From: an uncultured bacterium
GTDB lineage: Bacteria; Oederibacteriota; Oederibacteriia; Oederibacteriales; Oederibacteriaceae
DNA length: 64,000 nucleotides
NCBI GenBank assembly: GCA_965112635.1
Contig: OZ218778.1
Location: 1,344,001-1,408,000 of the forward strand
Direction of reading: 5' to 3'
Shown here in pieces: positions 10,090 to 17,183 of the stretch (positions within the stretch are counted from its first letter, which is position 1; every line of letters begins with the position of its first letter). Under the pieces are notes generated by a model. The model saw only the letters and a list, made by a program, of their open reading frames with translations, searched no databases and was not told the origin of the DNA. Position numbers and translations under genes: made by a program.

Positions 10090-11331
10090 GTGAGCAGAGA
10101 AGAGAAGGGGGAAATTTTAGTCGGGCTTGACCTGGGCACCACCAAGGTCTGCTGCGTCATCGCGGAGGCCATGGCCGCGGGCGCCGTGGATGTCATCGGC
10201 GTCGGGACGAGCCCGTCCAAGGGTTTGAAGAAAGGGGTGGTCGTGGACCTGGAGAGCACCATCGACTCCATCACCAAGGCCATCGTGGACGCGGAACGGA
10301 TGGCCGGGGTCAAGGTCTCTTCGGTGTACGTGGGCATCAACGGCGAGCACATCAAGGGTATCAACAGCAAAGGGATGATCGCCGTGTCGCGGGGAGACAA
10401 AGAGATCTCGGAAACCGACAAGCACCGCGTCATCGAGACCGCCCGTACCATCGCTTTCCCGTCGGATAGGGAGATCATCCATATCCTGCCACAGGAATAC
10501 ATCGTGGACGAACAGAAGGGCATCAAAGACCCCGTTGGTATGAGCGGGGTGCAGCTACAGGTCAATGTCCATATCATCACGGCCTCGCAGACGGCTTTGC
10601 AGAACATCATCAAGAGCGTCAACCGCGCCGGGTTCGGCGTGGACGGGGTCATCCTGCAGTCCCTTGCGGCCGCGGAAGCCGTGCTCACCCAGGACGAAAA
10701 GGAGATGGGTGTGGCGCTGGTGGACGTAGGCGGGGGAACCACGGACTTGGCCCTGTTCTTTGACGGTTCCCTGTATTCGACGAGCGTCATCGGGGTCGGG
10801 GGCATCCAGGTCACCAATGATCTGGCCATCGGTTTGCGGACCTCCAACCAGCAAGCGGAGGACATTAAGCGCAGCTACGGTTGCGCCATGATCTCCTCGG
10901 TCGAGGAAGGGGAGGAGATAGTCGTGTCGGGGATGTCAGGCAAGAGCAGGAATGTGTCGCGGCGTTTCCTGGCCGAGATCATTGAGCCGAGGCTGGAGGA
11001 GATCTTCGCCCTTATCGACCAGCAGATCAAAAAGGACGGTTATGAGGAAAGGATCGGCGCCGGTATCGTCTTGACCGGCGGGACCTGCCTTTTGACGGGA
11101 AGCTCCGAACTGGCCGAAAAGGTGCTCAATGTACCCGTGCGCATCGGGTCGCCCCAGAACATCGGGGGATTGAGCGACACGGTCAACAGCCCTTTTTACG
11201 CCACGGGAGTGGGCCTGGTCTTATCGGGTTTGAGGAACATCGCTTCTAAAAAAACGGGTGCAAACCAGGAAGGAGGAATCGTTTCCAACGTTTTTCAAAA
11301 GGCCAAGAAGTGGATGGAAGCCTATTTTTAA
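10090..11331 (+). CDS. ftsA: Cell division protein FtsA
   Basis: GLDLGTTKV, VDVGGGTTD and GIVLTGG actin-fold motifs; C-terminal amphipathic helix. Confidence 0.97.
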   Translation: MSREEKGEILVGLDLGTTKVCCVIAEAMAAGAVDVIGVGTSPSKGLKKGVVVDLESTIDSITKAIVDAERMAGVKVSSVYVGINGEHIKGINSKGMIAVSRGDKEISETDKHRVIETARTIAFPSDREIIHILPQEYIVDEQKGIKDPVGMSGVQLQVNVHIITASQTALQNIIKSVNRAGFGVDGVILQSLAAAEAVLTQDEKEMGVALVDVGGGTTDLALFFDGSLYSTSVIGVGGIQVTNDLAIGLRTSNQQAEDIKRSYGCAMISSVEEGEEIVVSGMSGKSRNVSRRFLAEIIEPRLEEIFALIDQQIKKDGYEERIGAGIVLTGGTCLLTGSSELAEKVLNVPVRIGSPQNIGGLSDTVNSPFYATGVGLVLSGLRNIASKKTGANQEGGIVSNVFQKAKKWMEAYF

Positions 11332-11381
11332 AAAACAGAACATTCAATTTTAACGCCCTACAGGGGCAGAAGGGGGTAGTA

Positions 11382-12539
11382 ATGTTCGAAATGGATGAAG
11401 ATCAACACCGAGGAGCCACCATCAAGGTGATTGGCGTGGGAGGAGGGGGTTGCAATGCCGTCGACCGGATGCTGAGCCAGATCGAAGGCGTGGACTTGAT
11501 CGCCTGCAACACCGACCTGCAGGTCCTCAATAAATCCCTGGCCATGAACAAGATCCAGATCGGGTCCAAAGTGTCCAAAGGCCTGGGGGCAGGTTCCAAT
11601 CCCGAGGTTGGACAAAAAGCCGCCGAAGAGGACAGCGAGAAGATTACGGCGGCCTTGGAAGGCGCCGACATGGTGTTCGTGACCGCCGGAATGGGCGGCG
11701 GGACCGGCACGGGCGCGTCTCCCGTCATCGCCGAGATAGCCAAAAAAATGGGCGCTTTGACGGTCGGCGTGGTGACCACGCCTTTCCTGTGCGAGGGCAA
11801 GCTTAAGATGCGCAAGGCCGAAACCGGCATCGCCAAGCTGAGACAGCACGTAGACAGCCTGATGGTCATCCCCAACGAAAAACTGATCGGCGCCGTGGCA
11901 CGCAACAGCACCATCACGGACGCTTTTCATCTGATGGACGAGATCCTGGTCCATGGGGTCCAGGGCATCACGGACATCATCAACAAGACCGGGATGATCA
12001 ACCGCGATTTCGCGGATGTGCGCACCACCTTATCCGACGCGGGTGTGGCCCTCATGGGCACGGGTTACGGAATCGGCGAAGGCAGGGCGCTCAATGCGGT
12101 CCAGCAAGCCATCCAACATCCCCTCATCGCGGACGTCAGGGTGGACGGAGCCCGGAGCATCATCGTCAATGTCGTGGGCGGGCCGGACGTCACCATGCAC
12201 GAGTTCGTGGAAGCGATCGCGGTGCTGGAAAAAGCGGCGCATCCGGACGTGGAACTTTTAACCGGTTTCAGGCAAGACCCCAACCTGCAGGACGAAGTAC
12301 GGGTCACGGTCATTGCCACCCGGTTCGGGAACAAGGAAAAGGAAAGCGAGAACGAGAGCGGTGAATCCAAGACCCTGGACCTCAAGGTTTTTTTGGAACA
12401 GCAGGGTTTCCGCTCAGGCCTAAAAAGACCCAAGGAAATCCAAGCCATAGACGAGGAGTCCCTGGAGAAGAAAAAGGCTTTTTTTGGAACTGACAACCTA
12501 AGCATTGATATCCCCGCGTTTTTAAGGAGGGGAAGGTAA
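11382..12539 (+). CDS. ftsZ: Cell division protein FtsZ
   Basis: IKVIGVGGGG, tubulin signature AGMGGGTGTGA, DFADVR and C-terminal DIPAFLR; ATG at 11382 follows AGGGGG RBS. Confidence 0.97.
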   Translation: MFEMDEDQHRGATIKVIGVGGGGCNAVDRMLSQIEGVDLIACNTDLQVLNKSLAMNKIQIGSKVSKGLGAGSNPEVGQKAAEEDSEKITAALEGADMVFVTAGMGGGTGTGASPVIAEIAKKMGALTVGVVTTPFLCEGKLKMRKAETGIAKLRQHVDSLMVIPNEKLIGAVARNSTITDAFHLMDEILVHGVQGITDIINKTGMINRDFADVRTTLSDAGVALMGTGYGIGEGRALNAVQQAIQHPLIADVRVDGARSIIVNVVGGPDVTMHEFVEAIAVLEKAAHPDVELLTGFRQDPNLQDEVRVTVIATRFGNKEKESENESGESKTLDLKVFLEQQGFRSGLKRPKEIQAIDEESLEKKKAFFGTDNLSIDIPAFLRRGR

Positions 12540-12550
12540 TTTAGGGAGCA

Positions 12551-12748
12551 GGGAGACCGGGGAAAGACAAGGGGCGAAGTGCCCCTTGGACCGGACACGG
12601 CCTCTTATGCTAGAGGTGTCTCAATCTCATTCCGGCCTCATCGGTGTTGGTTTGGGTGGGATAGTCGCTAGGGCTATCCCACAAACACTGATTGGAAAGA
12701 TCTAAAAAGTGTCCTGAATCTAAATAGGGCAAAAGGAGAGGTGTCTTG
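12551..12748 (+). other. Highly structured intergenic element, candidate cis-regulatory RNA or ncRNA (unidentified)
   Basis: Inverted repeats CAAGGGGC/GCCCCTTG (12568-12588), GACAC-gg-CCTCT/AGAGGTGTC (12594-12620) and GTGGGATAGT/GCTATCCCAC extended by ATCGGT/ACTGAT (12640-12692), plus a possible closing stem 12553-12639. Confidence 0.45.
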
Positions 12749-13498
12749 ATAAGGGTCTGTTCGCTATGTCTCCTCTGTGTGGGCTTGATCCTGGCAGGGC
12801 TGATTCCCTTAGCTGTACTGGGCTCGGCCGCAATCCGGCCTTTCCGGGTGGTCATTGACGCGGGCCATGGCGGCAGGGACAGCGGCGCCAGAAGCCGGGA
12901 TAACTACAAAGAAAAGCAGGCTGCCCTGGACATCGCGCTTACCCTGGGAAAGATCCTGGAAAGTAAAGAGGGGGTTGAGGTCGTTTATACGCGTAACCGG
13001 GACGTTTACATACCTCTGACCGAAAGGGTGCGCATCGCCAACGGGCAAAAAGCGGACCTCTTTGTCAGCATCCACATGAATTCATCGAGGAGCTCCCGCG
13101 CTTTTGGGACGGAGACCTATATCTACGGCAGGAAGTCCAGCAGTATGAGCGCTTCGGAGATCGCCGAACGCGAAAACGAGGGACAGAGCCTCAAGGAAAT
13201 CGTCCTAGACGGATTGCGGGCCGCGACCTATGAAACAAGGAGCCTGATGGCCGCCGAAGAGGTGGTCGCGGAACTGAAAAAAAGGCCGGTGGGCCTCACG
13301 GTCCGCAGGGTCGGCCGCATGCCGTTCTATGTGATCGCCAAAACCCAGATGCCGGCCATGCTCATCGAGGTCGCTTTCATTTCCAATCCCAGCGAAGAAG
13401 CCAAATTAAAAAATTCCTGGTGGCGGCAGGACGTGGCGCTGGCTATCTGCCAGGCCATCAATAACTACCGCGAACTCATCCAATCCAACAGACAGTAG
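12746..13498 (+). CDS. N-acetylmuramoyl-L-alanine amidase (Amidase_3), secreted or membrane-anchored
   Basis: IDAGHGGRD, KEK, LFVSIHMN and MLIEVAFISN zinc/catalytic motifs; hydrophobic N-terminus; TTG start after AGGAG. Confidence 0.93.
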   Translation: MIRVCSLCLLCVGLILAGLIPLAVLGSAAIRPFRVVIDAGHGGRDSGARSRDNYKEKQAALDIALTLGKILESKEGVEVVYTRNRDVYIPLTERVRIANGQKADLFVSIHMNSSRSSRAFGTETYIYGRKSSSMSASEIAERENEGQSLKEIVLDGLRAATYETRSLMAAEEVVAELKKRPVGLTVRRVGRMPFYVIAKTQMPAMLIEVAFISNPSEEAKLKNSWWRQDVALAICQAINNYRELIQSNRQ

Positions 13499-13507
13499 TC
13501 CTAAGTT

Positions 13508-13861
13508 TCAATGTCTTGTCAAAAATCCGAGTAAGTCCCCGGTCTGGACAGGAATTTTATCCAATGTTCCGGCAGGCAATTCCAAGACAGAAAAACATCT
13601 TGCCCAGGCGATCTTAAACAGGCCCAGATGAGAGATGGTCCTGACCACTCTCTGGCGGTTGTCTAAAAAGATCACGTCGATGGGGAACTGCATGCCAAAG
13701 GTGTGGATACTGGAGCAGTGGGTCAAATACAGTCCGTCACCCGGGGCAACCCGTTTTTTGCCCAGCCAGCCGATGAGCCGGCCTAACCAATGTACGGCGT
13801 AGACAGCCTTATCCGCCAAGACCTTTTTGCTAGCCATATGTTCTATATATATCAGGGTCAT
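13508..13861 (-). CDS. DUF192 family protein
   Basis: SIHTFGMQFPIDVIFLD and VLELPAG motifs. Confidence 0.85.
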   Translation of the reverse strand: MTLIYIEHMASKKVLADKAVYAVHWLGRLIGWLGKKRVAPGDGLYLTHCSSIHTFGMQFPIDVIFLDNRQRVVRTISHLGLFKIAWARCFSVLELPAGTLDKIPVQTGDLLGFLTRH

Positions 13862-13986
13862 TTGCAGGCCTTTTTGCTTAAAATATCCATCAAAAACCGC
13901 TATATTTCTTCAACCCATTTTACCTAGAACCTATGTTAAAATCCAAACTGTTTAGAAGACAGTAATTTTTCCAGGAGTTTCATGAG

Positions 13987-15366
13987 ATGACGACTCAACA
14001 TTCTCTAAGATTTACCAGTACTCTATTATTTGCCGTCCTTACCTTATTGGTCATACCCACCAGTTTAAAAGCCTCCAAGGCCGATGTTCTGGACCAGGAG
14101 ACCCAGGGAATAGACTACTATCTCAAAGGCGACCAAGAAAAAGCTATCCAATTTTTAGAGCAAGCCTGGAGTTCCGGCCAGAGTTCTCCCAAATGCAAGG
14201 CGTACTTGATCAAAGCCTACCTAGAAAAAGCCCATGATGATTTTTCTAACGAAGATTACAAATCATCCATGGCTGTCCTGGAGTCGGCCTTGAAGATAGA
14301 CCCGGACAACCGGGAGATCAAAGACGTTTACCTGATGGTGAAAAACGTCCTAGACCAACCCAAGGTCAAAACCGAATACCAGACCCACAAGACAAAATCT
14401 GCGGAAACTGAAAAGGCAGCTCCCCAGATCATCGAAAAAGTGGAGAAGCAGGTCTTTTATGTCAACGCAACGGCATCAGGAGTTTCCAAGGAGTCATTGG
14501 ATGCCATCGAACAGCAGTTCGTCAGCCTCAGGGGCTCGCAGCAAAAGGCCATAGACGATCTGGCCAACGCCCGCAGTTCAGCGCGCAAGATTGTTTTCGT
14601 CACCGTAGGTGTAGCCCTGGCTGTCATCGTGGTGCTGCTCCTCCTGATGGGTAGGCAACAGAGACATTTCAAGGACCAGGAAACGCGGCTCTTGGGCATT
14701 CTCCACGACCAGGAGAGCGCCCTGGCCCAGGGCAAAGCCATGCTGGCTTCTTCCCAGCTAAAGAACATGGAGAGGGTCACCACCAAGGACATGCTTGCTG
14801 ACAACAATCCCCGCATCAGGGCGAGGGGTATCGAATTGCTAGCCCAGGAACTTATACAACAAAAAGTGTCTGCAGATAACGCAGAGAAGATCCTGCGGCC
14901 GTTCAGCACCGACCCCAACAACCGTGTCCGCGGGAATGTGGCCTGGGAGCTTTATAAATTCAAACCAGAAAACGCGAAAAGGCTCATGCGCTCCATGCTT
15001 AGCGAGCCCGACGAATACATGCAGTTGTCCGCCATCTGGGTTTGTGGGGAAATTGGCGATCCGGAGACCGTGGACTGGCTGGTCCATTTTTCCCAAAAAA
15101 CCACTCCCCGTTTAAAGGTCAGTATCGCTCGCTCCTTGGAAAAAATATTGGCCTTGGACCATTCAGACCTGAAACAGCGTAAAACGGAGTTGCAGGACCT
15201 GGTCCACAAGCTATACCAGGAATCCAAGGTAGCGTCCAAAGGGGATTCCAGCCAGGAGACCATTCCCGTGGGCCATGAGTTAAAAGAGTTAGAAAAAGAG
15301 ATCGCCAGCATCAAGATGCGGGTGGACCAGTTGGATGAGAAGTTAAAAAGCCTCGGTAAAAAGTAG
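13987..15366 (+). CDS. Signal peptide + TPR + single TM + HEAT-repeat protein (paralog A)
   Basis: TPR-like helices (ALKIDPDN), TM IVFVTVGVALAVIVVLLLLM, HEAT-like DNNPRIRARG and DPNNRVRGNV; AGGAG RBS. Confidence 0.75.
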   Translation: MTTQHSLRFTSTLLFAVLTLLVIPTSLKASKADVLDQETQGIDYYLKGDQEKAIQFLEQAWSSGQSSPKCKAYLIKAYLEKAHDDFSNEDYKSSMAVLESALKIDPDNREIKDVYLMVKNVLDQPKVKTEYQTHKTKSAETEKAAPQIIEKVEKQVFYVNATASGVSKESLDAIEQQFVSLRGSQQKAIDDLANARSSARKIVFVTVGVALAVIVVLLLLMGRQQRHFKDQETRLLGILHDQESALAQGKAMLASSQLKNMERVTTKDMLADNNPRIRARGIELLAQELIQQKVSADNAEKILRPFSTDPNNRVRGNVAWELYKFKPENAKRLMRSMLSEPDEYMQLSAIWVCGEIGDPETVDWLVHFSQKTTPRLKVSIARSLEKILALDHSDLKQRKTELQDLVHKLYQESKVASKGDSSQETIPVGHELKELEKEIASIKMRVDQLDEKLKSLGKK

Positions 15367-15409
15367 ATTTCCTTTGGAATTTCCCCGGAATATTTTGCCC
15401 ACTTTTGTT

Positions 15410-16597
15410 TTAGCCGCGTTCAAGTCTATCCAAGAAAGCCTTGGCTGTAGCAGCCAGCAGAGCTGCGCCCACGGGTAAAACATCCTCGTCCATGTTGAAG
15501 TAGGGGCTGTGTAAGGGAGGCTCCCCATTTTTAGGTCTGGAACCGAGGAAAAAATAGACGGCTGGTTTTTGCCGGGCAAAACAAGAGAAATCTTCGCTCC
15601 CCATCTCGGGTTTGGCCTCGTGCAGGTGTCCTGGCCCCAAGAGGGAAACCGCTGTTTTTTGCAGTAGGGTGACCATCGCAGGATGGTTCCTGGTGGACGG
15701 ATAACCAGGAATGATCCTCAGTCGATAATCCCCGCCGAAATTTTTAGCCAGGTTGAAAGCATGGGCCAGTTCTGTGTGCAGGAGGCGGCGGATCCGGGGT
15801 GAAAAACTGCGGATGGTACCGCTTAGTCTAACCTCTGGAGGAATGATGTTGACAGCCGTGCCCGCGTGGATGGTCGTGACCGAGATGAGCCCTGGATCGA
15901 GCGGGTCAAGGCGGCGGGAAACGATGCTGTGGATAAGTCCGATGATCTGGGAAACTAGCCAAATAGGGTCTAAAGCTTTGTGGGGATAGGCGCCGTGGCC
16001 TCCGCGGCCGATGACCTCGGCTTCAAAGGCATCCATGGCCGCCATCACGGCGCCATGCCTGACCAAAACCTTTCCTCTGGGCGAAGTGCTGTCCAGGTGC
16101 AGGGCCATGACCGCGTCAATATTTTTTAGGACCCCTTCGTGAACCATGTAATATGCGCCTGACCTGCCGCTTGCGTCTGGATATTCTTCCGAGGGTTGAA
16201 AGATTAGGCGCACTTTGCCTTTTAGACGGCCTGCCTGCTTCTCTTTTTGTAAAAGCATGGCGGCGCCCAAAAGGCAGGCCACATGACCGTCGTGTCCGCA
16301 GGCGTGCATGACCCCTTTGTTCACGGAGCTGTAAGGGACCCGGTTCAGTTCCTGGATGGGCAGGGCGTCCATGTCAGCCCGGATAGCGATGCTGGGCCGG
16401 CCCTGGCCAATGTCCGCGACCAGGCCTGTCCTGGCTACCTTGGAATGAAAGGGGATCTTGAGACGGGAAAGATGGCTGGCGATCAGTCTGGCTGTGCGAA
16501 ACTCCTTGAACTGGAGTTCAGGGCGGCGGTGGATAGCGCGGCGAATGGAGATGAGCGTATTTTTTAACTCCTGAGCGCGTCGTAACAGGTCAGACAA
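15410..16597 (-). CDS. M20D family amidohydrolase
   Basis: RRAIHRRPEL, RADMDALP, MHACGHDGH, FQPSEE, GSEDF and LHSPYF motifs; TTG start at 16597 follows GGAGG (the track start 16708 lies inside tmRNA). Confidence 0.92.
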   Translation of the reverse strand: MSDLLRRAQELKNTLISIRRAIHRRPELQFKEFRTARLIASHLSRLKIPFHSKVARTGLVADIGQGRPSIAIRADMDALPIQELNRVPYSSVNKGVMHACGHDGHVACLLGAAMLLQKEKQAGRLKGKVRLIFQPSEEYPDASGRSGAYYMVHEGVLKNIDAVMALHLDSTSPRGKVLVRHGAVMAAMDAFEAEVIGRGGHGAYPHKALDPIWLVSQIIGLIHSIVSRRLDPLDPGLISVTTIHAGTAVNIIPPEVRLSGTIRSFSPRIRRLLHTELAHAFNLAKNFGGDYRLRIIPGYPSTRNHPAMVTLLQKTAVSLLGPGHLHEAKPEMGSEDFSCFARQKPAVYFFLGSRPKNGEPPLHSPYFNMDEDVLPVGAALLAATAKAFLDRLERG

Positions 16598-16634
16598 ATA
16601 ACCTCCAAAAGAAAGAAAATCTATTCTCCCTATG

Positions 16635-16678
16635 ATGATGTAGGAATGCCGACGCTCCGCTTGAGCGTCGGCCATCAT
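16635..16678 (-). terminator. Stem-loop immediately 3' of tmRNA
   Basis: GCCGACGCTC/GAGCGTCGGC perfect 10-bp stem (16648-16672), extendable by ATGATG/CATCAT; no immediate U-tract. Confidence 0.55.
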
Positions 16679-16680
16679 TA

Positions 16681-17027
16681 TGGTGGAGGCGGTGGGAATT
16701 GAACCCACGTCCGAGTTTCATTTCATCAAAGCATCTACAAGTTTGTCCTTTGATTTGGCCTCTCGCAGAATAAAGCTCCCAAAGGCAAGATCTTTATCCT
16801 ACCAGCCCTGTTCAATCTCGTTTTTGCTTGGGAAGGTACCCTTCAAAAACCAGCCTGCTCCGGTCACTTTTCTCCCCCCGCAGGCAGGAAAAGAAAGTGT
16901 AGCCGCTTTTAAGCGGCTAGTGCTAATTCTTGATTAGCAGTTATGTTTTTCCCACCTTTTAACGAGCGGATGGGTGCTCGACCTGCTTCTTTGATTGCCT
17001 GATACCCGTCGAAACCTTTTCGCCCCC
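16681..17027 (-). ncRNA. ssrA: tmRNA; tag reading frame 16938-16909 encodes ANQELALAA*
   Basis: Minus strand starts GGGGGCGAAAAGGTTTCGAC and ends GGACGTGGGTTCAATTCCCACCGCCTCCACCA; resume context ATAACT-GCT; tag ends ALAA-TAA. Confidence 0.97.
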
Positions 17028-17054
17028 TTTACCTAATAGATAGTAGCTTACTTC

Positions 17055-17084
17055 AGTATATCCTAATTTTAGGCCCGGTTTCAC
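17055..17084 (-). promoter_or_regulatory. Putative sigma70 promoter of ssrA
   Basis: Minus strand GTGAAA-N18-TATACT, about 27 nt upstream of the mature 5' end. Confidence 0.45.
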
Positions 17085-17183
17085 TACTAATCTCGGCTAG
17101 TTGGAATGATGGTTATTTTTTGTAATCTATTATTATATAATCAATCGATTTATGACCAGGCCAAAAAAGGACCGTTAACACTT

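Noticed and set aside
9948-12598. Long antisense ORFs over ftsA and ftsZ, and similar ones over glgA, prfB and lpxD
   Set aside because: All overlap well-supported housekeeping genes and lack motifs or an RBS.
12541-12745. c-di-AMP, glycine or lysine riboswitch, 6S, SRP or RNase P RNA
   Set aside because: The diagnostic conserved sequences were not found by eye on either strand; the region is kept as an unidentified structure.
13500-16700. Island integrated at the tmRNA 3' end
   Set aside because: No duplicated tmRNA 3' fragment, integrase or clear compositional shift was seen downstream of ssrA.
16598-16708. N-terminal extension of the M20 amidohydrolase
   Set aside because: It overlaps the tmRNA 3' end and hairpin; an RBS-supported TTG exists at 16597.
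16680-16937. 85-aa + strand ORF (MVEAVGIEPTS...)
   Set aside because: It is the antisense reading of tmRNA; the start is the typical reverse complement of a T arm.
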